Source: Actinomycetota bacterium | GTDB lineage: Bacteria; Actinomycetota; Acidimicrobiia; Acidimicrobiales; CADCTF01 | Reading direction: 5' to 3' | Assembly (NCBI GenBank): GCA_034668185.1 | Contig: JAXDPV010000272.1 | Span: forward strand, 7,151 to 31,150 | DNA: 24,000 nucleotides | Shown: positions 9,403 to 16,311 of the stretch, piece after piece | Position numbering within the stretch: the first letter of the stretch is position 1 | Layout: each line of letters begins with the position of its first letter | Position numbers and translations under genes: made by a program | The notes under the pieces: generated by a model | The model's database searches: none | What the model saw: the letters and a program-made list of their open reading frames with translations, nothing else | What the model was told of the DNA's origin: nothing

Positions 9403-10141
9403 CGGCCCGCACCAGGGTCACGAGCTCGGGGACGGAGCGGACCTCGAGCTTGCGGGCGATCCGGCGGAGGCTGGCGTACACGTTCGACCGGCTGACCGAG
9501 AGGCGCTCGGCGGCCTCGCTCACCGTCGGGGTCGAGCCGACCATGCCGAGGAGCTCGCGCTGCTTGTCGGAGAGGGCCACGACCTTCTCGGGCGAGATCT
9601 GGATGCCGGTGGGGCGGACGGGCTCGGCCTCGGGCGCCCGCTCGAGGCGGGTGATGTGGGGGCGGGCGGCCCTGGCCGTGCCGGCGGTGGTGGCGGCGGC
9701 GCCGCTCTCCAGCCGGGCGAGCTGCTCCAGGGCGTCGTTCTGGATGCGGCGGCGGCGCTCGGGTTCGGGGTCGCCGGTCATGGCGTCGTTGACGACCTTG
9801 CGCAGCTCGGCCGGGGAGAAGGGCTTGGTGACGTAACGGATGGCGCCCTCGATGCCGCCCCTGATGCGGTCCATGTCGTCGGCCCTGGCCGTGAGCATGA
9901 TCACCGGGATGTGGGCGATGACCGGGTCGATCGAGGCCTTCATCTCGGCCAGGACCTCCCAACCGTCCTTCTCGGGCATCATCACGTCGAGCACGACCAG
10001 GTCTGGGTGCTCGCCCACGGCCAGCTCGAGGGCCTCGGCGCCGTCGCCCGCGGTGAAGACGGTATGTCCGTCGATCTCGAGGTTCAGCCGGACGAGTTCG
10101 CGGATGTCCGGCTCGTCGTCGACAACCAGCACCGTTCCCAT
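9383..10141 (-). CDS. orphan response regulator: receiver domain, long linker, C-terminal LuxR/sigma-r4-like HTH
   Basis: VLVVDDEPD, DLVVLDVMMPEKDG, VIMLTA and KPF form the receiver. The C-terminus is LSDKQRELL...VSEAAERLSVSRSNVYASLRRIARKL. No histidine kinase is present in the window. Confidence 0.88.
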   Translation of the reverse strand: MGTVLVVDDEPDIRELVRLNLEIDGHTVFTAGDGAEALELAVGEHPDLVVLDVMMPEKDGWEVLAEMKASIDPVIAHIPVIMLTARADDMDRIRGGIEGAIRYVTKPFSPAELRKVVNDAMTGDPEPERRRRIQNDALEQLARLESGAAATTAGTARAARPHITRLERAPEAEPVRPTGIQISPEKVVALSDKQRELLGMVGSTPTVSEAAERLSVSRSNVYASLRRIARKLEVRSVPELVTLVRAGGIPVI

Positions 10142-10183
10142 GTTGGGATCAGAGTAGCGACGAGGCGGAAGCCGGAGAACGCA

Positions 10184-10414
10184 TCATCGAAGAAAGCGGA
10201 GGAATTCCTCCTCCAGCAAATCGGCCTGCCGCAGGATCGAGCGCAACGTACCTCGCGGAATCTCCTTCTTGGCGAGCGGCAAGATCACGATGAGGGTCCG
10301 GTCCGGCCCGCTCTTCTCGTACGCCTGGTGCGACCCCTTTGCCGGGCGGGAAGCGTGAAAGCCGGCCCGTTCGAGGGCAGCGGCGACCTGCCGGCTGGAG
10401 AGAAGCGGGAGCAC
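10184..10414 (-). CDS. hicA: HicA-family mRNA interferase toxin
   Basis: 76 aa. LSSRQVAAALERAGFHASRPAKGSHQAY...ILPLAKKEIPRGTLRSILRQADL matches the HicA/YcfA pattern, including the GSH motif. GTG start 8 nt after the hicB stop. Confidence 0.85.
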   Translation of the reverse strand: MLPLLSSRQVAAALERAGFHASRPAKGSHQAYEKSGPDRTLIVILPLAKKEIPRGTLRSILRQADLLEEEFLRFLR

Positions 10415-10422
10415 GGGCCCCG

Positions 10423-10794
10423 CTAAGAAGCGGGGTACACGGCAAATCGCTGGGCAGAGACGAACTCACCAGGATGTGCGGTCAGGCCGACCGAGAAGTC
10501 CTCGCTCGGTGCATAGTCGTAGACCTTGACGTCCTTCTTGCTCAGCACGGCGTCGCGCTCGCCGTTGGCATCGAGGCGCTCTAGGTAAAGCTCAGTCGCT
10601 TCAAGCGTCGCCTCGAGGGCGGCTAGCGGGTCAGCTCCAAAGCTGGAGACCCCGAGTTCTGCGCACTCGCCGACGAACGCCCCATCGTCGGGGTAGACCC
10701 GGAACGTCAGCAGGACATGACCAAGCGCGTCGTCGCCCTCCGACGGCCGTTGGTGCGACCACCGCGTGATGCTCGGCTTCTCGACCGTCGTCAT
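10423..10794 (-). CDS. hicB: HicB-like antitoxin (N-terminal HicB fold, unrecognised C-terminal part)
   Basis: LLTFRVYPDDGAFVGECAELGVSSFGADPLAALEATLEATELYLE resembles the HicB/UPF0150 fold. It lies directly upstream of hicA. I could not recognise an RHH or HTH in the last 50 aa. Confidence 0.72.
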   Translation of the reverse strand: MTTVEKPSITRWSHQRPSEGDDALGHVLLTFRVYPDDGAFVGECAELGVSSFGADPLAALEATLEATELYLERLDANGERDAVLSKKDVKVYDYAPSEDFSVGLTAHPGEFVSAQRFAVYPAS

Positions 10795-10828
10795 TGGCTG
10801 TGGTCCCGTTCGTCAGGGTCGCATCCAT

Positions 10829-10844
10829 GGTAGGACGCCCTACC
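10829..10844. promoter_or_regulatory. palindrome GGTAGG-ACGC-CCTACC upstream of hicB, candidate operator
   Basis: Perfect 6-bp arms with a 4-nt spacer, 35-50 bp upstream of the hicB ATG, in the 93-bp gap after the metalloprotease stop. Confidence 0.25.
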
Positions 10845-10887
10845 CCAGCTCGGTGGTCTGGGCGACCGCGGGTCCCCGGGCACGGTC

Positions 10888-11976
10888 TTAAAGGTTACTT
10901 CGGCTAGCCAGCCCGGCGCCTTGACCGCCGACTCTCGCCATCCAGCGGTCGGGGTCGCGGATCTCGGCCAGGTCGGGGAGCTGGTCGGGGCTCTGCCAGA
11001 CGGCGTCGAGGAGCGCCCGGCCGCCGACGGCCTCGACCCTGGCGATGAAGCGCTCGCCCTGCTCGTACTGCTTGAGCTTGGCTTCGAGGCCGATGAGCTT
11101 CTGCAGCACTTTGGCCGGGCCCGAGGTTTCGTTGCGGCGGGCGTGGAGGGTGCGATGGAAACGGTCCGCATTCGGGACGATTCCCGCGCCGGCCCGGTTC
11201 ATGGTCACGTCGCCGTGGCCTTCGAGGAGCGACATGAGGCCGCCAACCTGTTGGAGCACGGCGTGTTGTTCTGGCCCGGCGAGTATGGCGACCAGCCCGC
11301 CGTCGTCGAGGGGGTTCTGGCCGGCCCGCATCTGCTCGACGCTGCGCCTGAGGGCTTCGAGGAAGCGCTTGGGGTCGGGGTCGATGGCGCCGAGGCTGCG
11401 CTCGACGAGGCTCAGGAAGTGGGGCCGCATCCACGGGACGCCGGTGAACTGGGCCCGGTGGGTCACCTCGTGGAGCGCGAGCCACAGGCGGAACTCCCGG
11501 GGCGGGAACGAGAAGCGCTTCTCGAGGGCGAGGACGTTGGGGCCCACGTAATAGACGATGTCCTGCTCGTCCGGGTCTTCGTCCTCGATGAGGAGGAGGT
11601 CGTACTGGCCCAGGACCCGGGTCGACATCCAGCCGAGCATGGTGCCGAGCTGGGCGCCGGCGAGGTTGCGGCCGATCGGGGCGATCGGGCTCGAAGCCAT
11701 GCGGGGGCCGAGCTTGTCGAGCACCGGCCGGAGGAGCCTGCGGAAGGACTTGACGTTGGCGTGGACCCATCCGGCCCGGTCGGTGACCCTGGCCCGGGCC
11801 GGTCCTGCGAGTGACCGGAGGCCGGTGACCTCTTCGACGAGGCCTTCGGCCTGGGCGGTGAACTCGTCGAAGTCGGGCTGCAACGAGTCGTAGAGGTAGG
11901 AGTCGGCGAAGGGCTCGTGGCCCGCGACCCGGACGGCGACCCGCTCGGCGAGATCCCAGGCGACCGGGTCAGCCAT
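10888..11976 (-). CDS. zinc-dependent metalloprotease, DUF2342-like (HExxH)
   Basis: 362 aa with LALHEVTHRAQF (HExxH) and GHGDVTMN. From memory this is the family commonly found upstream of tilS in actinobacteria. Confidence 0.78.
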   Translation of the reverse strand: MADPVAWDLAERVAVRVAGHEPFADSYLYDSLQPDFDEFTAQAEGLVEEVTGLRSLAGPARARVTDRAGWVHANVKSFRRLLRPVLDKLGPRMASSPIAPIGRNLAGAQLGTMLGWMSTRVLGQYDLLLIEDEDPDEQDIVYYVGPNVLALEKRFSFPPREFRLWLALHEVTHRAQFTGVPWMRPHFLSLVERSLGAIDPDPKRFLEALRRSVEQMRAGQNPLDDGGLVAILAGPEQHAVLQQVGGLMSLLEGHGDVTMNRAGAGIVPNADRFHRTLHARRNETSGPAKVLQKLIGLEAKLKQYEQGERFIARVEAVGGRALLDAVWQSPDQLPDLAEIRDPDRWMARVGGQGAGLASRSNL

Positions 11977-11988
11977 CGTCTTCGCCGC

Positions 11989-12126
11989 CTACTCCCTCGG
12001 GTACTTCAGGGCGACGACCTTGGTGATGTAGAGCACCGCCATCCCGATGATCATCAGGACGACGGGGGCCAAGAGGGCGACGGACAGCCAGTAGTGCCAA
12101 ACCTTGGCCAGGAGCATCGGAGCCAT
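11989..12126 (-). CDS. 45-aa hydrophobic small membrane protein (unannotated, below the track cutoff)
   Basis: My translation is MAPMLLAKVWHYWLSVALLAPVVLMIIGMAVLYITKVVALKYPRE*. 43 of 45 codons end in G/C, a strong coding signature for this genome. It has one TM helix and no clear SD. Confidence 0.5.
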   Translation of the reverse strand: MAPMLLAKVWHYWLSVALLAPVVLMIIGMAVLYITKVVALKYPRE

Positions 12127-12153
12127 GGGTGCGGATGCTAGTGCCCGTCCGGC

Positions 12154-12339
12154 TCAGGCAATCTTCTTGCCGCGGGTGCGAGGCACGGCCATGGGCTCGT
12201 GCAGGTAGCAGTACTTCCCGTTGTTGTACATCGACAGCCGGGTCTCACAGCCCGGTTCGCGGCACTGCCGATCCTTGCCGAAGGCCTTGCTCGGGCGGTC
12301 GCGGTTGCTGATCGGAGTGGCGGTTACAGCTTCACTCAT
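12154..12339 (-). CDS. small zinc-ribbon-like protein (C-x4-C-x13-C-x2-H)
   Basis: 61 aa, CREPGCETRLSMYNNGKYCYLHE. ATG start with AGGAG upstream, overlapping the rshA stop region. Same strand, 15 nt after rshA. Confidence 0.65.
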   Translation of the reverse strand: MSEAVTATPISNRDRPSKAFGKDRQCREPGCETRLSMYNNGKYCYLHEPMAVPRTRGKKIA

Positions 12340-12354
12340 ACCTGGTACGAACTC

Positions 12355-12612
12355 CTAAGAAGAACCGGTCATTCCCGTGCCGAGGGCCTTGGCGATGCGC
12401 TCTCGGAGCTCGTCGGGCACCTGCTCCTTGCACTTGGCGGCGATCACCATCTTGAGCTCGGCGTGGAAGTCGACGACCTCGTGGCAGTCGGGGCAACCCT
12501 CGAGGTGACGGGTGATCTGGACCCTCCGCATCTCGGTGAGCTCGCCGTCGAGGAAGGTGTAGAGCTCCTGGACGACGGAGATGCAATCGGCTTCGGCTTC
12601 GTCTTCGGTCAT
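12355..12612 (-). CDS. rshA: anti-sigma factor RshA/RsrA (ZAS family)
   Basis: 85 aa: [25 protein letters not shown]...[19 protein letters not shown] (C...H-x3-C-x2-C). ATGA overlap with the sigH stop (12609-12612). The rest of track ORF 12355..13050 is off-frame noise. Confidence 0.9.
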   Translation of the reverse strand: MTEDEAEADCISVVQELYTFLDGELTEMRRVQITRHLEGCPDCHEVVDFHAELKMVIAAKCKEQVPDELRERIAKALGTGMTGSS

Positions 12613-13238
12613 TGCGTCTTGGTCCGGTCCCCCGTGAGGCCTCGCTGTGCGCCGAAATCCACCAACGCCTTCTGCAGGCCCTTTCTTCCACGATGGAGCC
12701 GGCTCATGACGGTGCCGATGGGAATGCCGAGGATCTCGGCGATCTCCTTGTAGCTGAACCCCTCGACGTCGGCCAGCAGGACGGCCAGGCGGAACTGCTC
12801 GGGGAGGGCCTCGATGGCCTTCTTGACATCGTCGTCGGTGAACAGGTCCATGACCTCGTCCTCGGCGCTCCTGCCGGCCGCCGCCGCCTCCAGCCCGCCC
12901 AGCCTGCGGTAGAGGTACAGGTCCTCGACCTCGTCGAGCTCGGTCTGCTCGGGCCTCCGCTTCTTGGAGCGGTAGTTGTTGATGAAGGTGTTGGTGAGGA
13001 TGCGGTAGAGCCAGGCCTTGAGGTTGGTGCCCTGCTGGAAGGTGTGCCACGCCCGGTAGGCCTTGAGGTAGGTCTCCTGGACGAGGTCTTCGGCGTCGGC
13101 CGGGTTGCGGGTCATCCGCAGGGCCGCGGAGTAGAGGCTCGGCATGAACTCCATGGCCTGCTCGGTGAACTGCGCCTGGCGCTGCTCGTCGTTGCCTTGG
13201 CCGGCGGGGGCTGCGGCCTGCACCGGTTCTGACGCCAT
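12609..13238 (-). CDS. sigH: ECF sigma factor of the SigH/SigR type
   Basis: [43 protein letters not shown] (region 2) and [26 protein letters not shown] (region 4). ATG at 13238 (MASEPVQ). Confidence 0.92.
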   Translation of the reverse strand: MASEPVQAAAPAGQGNDEQRQAQFTEQAMEFMPSLYSAALRMTRNPADAEDLVQETYLKAYRAWHTFQQGTNLKAWLYRILTNTFINNYRSKKRRPEQTELDEVEDLYLYRRLGGLEAAAAGRSAEDEVMDLFTDDDVKKAIEALPEQFRLAVLLADVEGFSYKEIAEILGIPIGTVMSRLHRGRKGLQKALVDFGAQRGLTGDRTKTQ

Positions 13239-13248
13239 GGGACGGACC

Positions 13249-13692
13249 CTACCCTTGGTTGTGCTTGTGTCCCCGCCGGGCTTCGCCGTGCTCGACCAGG
13301 AGGTCGGCGTAGGGGTCGTGCCCCAGGGCGGCGGCCACGCCGGCCGCCAGCGCATCGAAGAACGGCCTCGATGCCAGGGGCGACCACTGGATGCCGAACC
13401 GCTCGACCTGCTCCTCGGTCAGCGAGTCGAGGTTGGCCCAGTATTGGACGAGGCGGTGGACGTCGGCCTCCTCGAACTCCTGCTCCCAGCGGAACTCGGT
13501 CTTGGCCTCGATCGCCTCCACGGCCCGGTCGTTCCATTGGCGCAGGAGCTCGCCCAGCTCGTCGACGATCTCTTCGGGCAGTTTGAACGGCAGCTTCTCG
13601 AGCTGTAACCGAATGGCCGCCAGGTTGCCGAGCATGTGGTCCGTCCACGCTTCGGCGGCGTTTGCATCCACGGGGCCGATCTCGACTCGCAC
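13249..13692 (-). CDS. hypothetical acidic helical protein immediately upstream of sigH
   Basis: High GC3 across the whole frame. Its stop is 10 nt before the sigH ATG. The start is uncertain: GTG 13692, or ATG 13635 (MLGNLAAIR). No motif recognised. Confidence 0.6.
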   Translation of the reverse strand: MRVEIGPVDANAAEAWTDHMLGNLAAIRLQLEKLPFKLPEEIVDELGELLRQWNDRAVEAIEAKTEFRWEQEFEEADVHRLVQYWANLDSLTEEQVERFGIQWSPLASRPFFDALAAGVAAALGHDPYADLLVEHGEARRGHKHNQG

Positions 13693-13709
13693 CTGTCTAT
13701 CTTGGCCCC

Positions 13710-14492
13710 ATGTGGGACGGGACGGCTTATGCCGCCAACACTGCTCATCATCGGGCCTTCGATGCCGGCTTCTTGTCGACCTTGGGCGTTGCCGCCGGCG
13801 ACCGGGTGTTGGACCTGGGTTGTGGCGTCGGCGACCTGACGTGTTTGGTGGCCGATCTGGTCAGTCCTGCTGGTGAGGTCGTCGGGCTCGACGCCGAGCC
13901 GACGATGATCGAGGTCGCCCGGTCTTGCGCTCGTGCGAACCAGTCGTTCGTGGTCGCCCCGGCGCAGTCGGTTGCGTCTGCCATCGAGGGACCGTTCGAC
14001 GTGATCTACAGCCGGGCCGTGCTCCATTGGCTGAGCTCGGAGGACTTGGCCTCCGTGTTGGTGCAGGCGTTCTCGCTCTTGCGACCTGGCGGCGTGTTAC
14101 GCATCGAATGCGGGGGCGGGGGCAACGTCCCCGAGATCGTCGCCTTCCTCGACGACGTCGGCTCTTCCTTCGGCCGCGCTGTCGGTGTCCCCTGGAACTT
14201 TCGCGACCCCGGCTGGTGGCTCGACCTGTTGTTGTCTTCGGGCTACTCGGTCGCCGACGACGCCGCCTTCGTCCGCACCGTCGCCCAACGCCGGCGTTTC
14301 GACCGTGACTCGTTGCTCGGCTGGCTCCGCAGCCAATGCCTCCACGCCTACGAGCCCTCGCTGGCCCTCGCCGACCGCCCCGCCTTCCGCGCCCTCGCCG
14401 AGTCCCGCATCGACGAGCTGCAGCGGCCCGACGGTTCCTACGACCTCACCTTCGTCCGGCTCGACGCTCTCGTCACCGCAGCGGCCGGATAA
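13710..14492 (+). CDS. class I SAM-dependent methyltransferase (Tam-like)
   Basis: VLDLGCGVGDLT (motif I), VVGLDAEPTMI, DVIYSRAVLHWL, LRPGGVL. ATG at 13710 (MWDGTAY). There are more TTG and NNT codons than in the flanking core genes. Confidence 0.85.
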   Translation: MWDGTAYAANTAHHRAFDAGFLSTLGVAAGDRVLDLGCGVGDLTCLVADLVSPAGEVVGLDAEPTMIEVARSCARANQSFVVAPAQSVASAIEGPFDVIYSRAVLHWLSSEDLASVLVQAFSLLRPGGVLRIECGGGGNVPEIVAFLDDVGSSFGRAVGVPWNFRDPGWWLDLLLSSGYSVADDAAFVRTVAQRRRFDRDSLLGWLRSQCLHAYEPSLALADRPAFRALAESRIDELQRPDGSYDLTFVRLDALVTAAAG

Positions 14493-14865
14493 CTGGACGC
14501 GGCAGCCAGCGTCGCCGGCTGCTCACAACGAAACCGGCCTCGGCTATCGCCTGCATCGCTCGTTCGCGCTGCCAAGGGAGGAGGCGCACGTTGATGTAGC
14601 GCAACGGCCAAGCTCTCCCGAACACTGGCCGGAGGATGAGCGTTGACTGTGCATCGTCGGCGCGAAGTCCGATCGTCAAGCTCCCGAACGGATGCGACAC
14701 CGCGACCACCTGCGTGCCCGTGTGCACGAGGTCGCCTGAGAGACGGAACGACCTGCGGGTCACCGCGCCAGGCCGAAACGAGATTCGACCGGACGACGCG
14801 CTCAGGACGCCGTAGAGCTTCGACACGCCCCACCACCCACGAACACGAAATCGCCGCTGATCCAA
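14473..14865 (-). CDS. hypothetical 130-aa protein
   Basis: TTG start with GAGGAG 6 nt upstream, GC3 about 78%. Its 3' end overlaps the methyltransferase 3' end by 20 nt (convergent). No motif recognised. Confidence 0.45.
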   Translation of the reverse strand: MDQRRFRVRGWWGVSKLYGVLSASSGRISFRPGAVTRRSFRLSGDLVHTGTQVVAVSHPFGSLTIGLRADDAQSTLILRPVFGRAWPLRYINVRLLPWQRERAMQAIAEAGFVVSSRRRWLPRPVIRPLR

Positions 14866-14877
14866 CGAGAGCTCCTC

Positions 14878-14912
14878 GAGCCCGAGAAAGGAGTCGAACG
14901 CTACCTCCGCAT
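14878..14912 (-). pseudogene. degenerate copy of the 3' half of tRNA-Thr (att-like repeat)
   Basis: Plus strand GAGCCCGAGAAAGGAGTCGAACGC versus the tRNA at 16401..16424, GAGCCCGAGAAGGGAATCGAACCC: 21/24 identical. After a 2-nt gap, ACCTCCGCAT versus ACCTACGCAT. Same orientation as the tRNA. Confidence 0.5.
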
Positions 14913-14970
14913 GGTCTCAAGCCGTAAGCGCGGAGCCGACCCGCGTCTTCGCACTTCGTTGGCCACCCGA

Positions 14971-15435
14971 TCAGGCGAAGTTATCGGCTGAAACGCAGCG
15001 CACGCGATAGGACCCCGAGCAACGCTCGGGGGGTCCTATCTCTTGCGAGTCACGCTTCGTCTCTGCGTCCGTGTCATCTCTCTGACGTTCAGCGTCGGCG
15101 GTCCAACCCAGGGGTGACGTCACTCGAGGGTCTTCGTCCAGGCAACCGACGCTGGTGTGTTCGGCCCGGCGACCGAGTCGGATCCAAAGTGCTAGGTCCG
15201 TTGTCCACGAGCCGCCCGAGGTAGCGCCGACGACCACACACCCTCCCGCTGCGTCGGCGTCCACAACGGCTGTTCCACCGACGTTGCCACCCGAGCCGCC
15301 GCATTCGCCTTCCTCGACCCATCCGTTCTGCGACAACGGTTGCGTGGAGAATCCACCAGCGGGGAAGCACTCGTTCTGCGACGCCGAGTGCCTCCGGGCG
15401 TCGCCTGGCGCCTGGATTCCGTAGGCCGGGGGCAC
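14971..15435 (-). CDS. hypothetical Gly/Ala/Asp-rich 154-aa protein (islet ORF B)
   Basis: GTG start 27 nt after the ORF A stop. Roughly half of first codon positions are G in the N-terminal half (hand count, approximate), which favours this frame over the plus-strand ORF that shares the same wobble positions. The C-terminal third has lower GC3 and contains a strong hairpin, so the 3' extent is doubtful. Confidence 0.35.
   Translation of the reverse strand: MPPAYGIQAPGDARRHSASQNECFPAGGFSTQPLSQNGWVEEGECGGSGGNVGGTAVVDADAAGGCVVVGATSGGSWTTDLALWIRLGRRAEHTSVGCLDEDPRVTSPLGWTADAERQRDDTDAETKRDSQEIGPPERCSGSYRVRCVSADNFA
15006..15040. terminator. strong imperfect hairpin (11 bp + 2-nt bulge + 4 bp, 3-nt loop)
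   Basis: GATAGGACCCC-GAGC-AAC-GCTC-GG-GGGGTCCTATC, followed on the plus strand by the T-rich TCTCTTGCG. It lies near the islet end. Confidence 0.3.
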
Positions 15436-15462
15436 CGGCCCGAAGTGCCGTTAGGGGCGCCC

Positions 15463-16311
15463 CTAGACGGGGCGGACGTGGCCGTTGCGGAACAGGTGGA
15501 CCACGCTGGCGGCCACATGGACGGCGGCCTCAGCCTCGGCGGCAGATACCGACAGGGGATGCGTCTCATCGTCCGTTCCGTGCCTGTCGAGTTGAGCCGT
15601 CCACAGCTGAGCCATCAACTCCGTGAGCGCCTCAACCTTCCCTAGGTCGAACTCCCACTTCTCGGGCTTGTCCCGCATGGCCTGGATCATCTTGCCCAGC
15701 GTCGCAACTCGGTCGTTCGGGCTCACCACCGGCTTGGCCGCCGCCTCCACAGCACGGACGGCCTCTCGGTAGGCGCCCCCTGGATCCTGGTTCCGTCCGT
15801 ACACACGGCTCCAACTCTCCCGCAGGTGGTAACTCGGGTTGCCGCCCTTGCTCATTTCCGATCGTGCTGCCGCCTCGGCGGACTCCTCCACCCGCCGCTC
15901 AAGCCGGCCGAGGACGTCATCGCCTTCGTCAACCACACGCCACGCTGAACCGCCGATGGACAGCGTTCCCTCAAGTTCTCGGCGCCTTGTGTAACTGCCC
16001 GGAAAGCCGTGCGTCACCGCCAAGACCGCATCTACGACATCGAGCGCTCGTTCGCCATCCCTCTGGATCTCGTTCAACAACGTCTCCGTCGCCGACGACT
16101 CGTCGTACCTCCAGTCGAGCGGCATCCACAACATCTGCTCCAACAAGTGGAGTTCGTCGACGGTGGAGGATCCGTATGGAACATCCCTGAGCGACTCCAT
16201 GACCCACCTGGCGACCGCAACCCCAAGCCACGGCGGCACGCCATCGTGGAGGGCGTCGTACTCCTGTGCCTGTTCCTCTGAAGTCCGCTTCGAGAGCGGC
16301 CGCCAACGCAC
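15463..16311 (-). CDS. hypothetical 282-aa protein whose C-terminal half resembles HEPN/Abi_C-type domains (islet ORF A)
   Basis: GAYREAVRAVEAAAKP..., LGKMIQAM..., LMAQLWTAQLDRHGTDDETHPLSVSAAEAEAAVHVAASVVHLF follows, from memory, the helix pattern of prophage-associated HEPN (TIGR02391-like) proteins. The motif is R-x7-H rather than the canonical R-x4-6-H. GTG start, adjacent to the tRNA. Confidence 0.55.
   Translation of the reverse strand: MRWRPLSKRTSEEQAQEYDALHDGVPPWLGVAVARWVMESLRDVPYGSSTVDELHLLEQMLWMPLDWRYDESSATETLLNEIQRDGERALDVVDAVLAVTHGFPGSYTRRRELEGTLSIGGSAWRVVDEGDDVLGRLERRVEESAEAAARSEMSKGGNPSYHLRESWSRVYGRNQDPGGAYREAVRAVEAAAKPVVSPNDRVATLGKMIQAMRDKPEKWEFDLGKVEALTELMAQLWTAQLDRHGTDDETHPLSVSAAEAEAAVHVAASVVHLFRNGHVRPV

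Noticed and set aside
10149-10469. 106-aa minus-strand ORF overlapping hicA
   Set aside because: It is off-frame to the HicA reading frame, which has the family motifs, and its translation is low complexity.
13239-13700. SigH/SigR-type autoregulatory promoter (GGAAT/C-N16-18-GTT) upstream of sigH
   Set aside because: GGAAC occurs on the minus strand (plus-strand positions ~13530-13534), but no GTT lies at the right spacing, so no convincing match was found by eye. It needs a matrix scan.
15114-15123. 10-bp palindrome GTGACGTCAC, and the 12-bp palindrome AGGGGCGCCCCT at 15453..15464
   Set aside because: Short palindromes of this size are expected by chance in 24 kb of GC-rich DNA, and I see no repeated copies or positional logic beyond lying within the islet.
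15155-15424. Plus-strand 89-aa ORF ending in a C-x3-C-x13-C-x3-C pattern (FCDNGC...FCDAEC), followed by a GGCCGG/CCGGCC hairpin
   Set aside because: It shares its third codon positions with minus-strand ORF B, so GC3 cannot discriminate between them. First-position G enrichment and GC1>GC2 favour the minus frame, and the plus ORF is mostly Pro/Thr/Ser/Ala low complexity with no SD. It is not fully excluded; proteomics or Ribo-seq would settle it.
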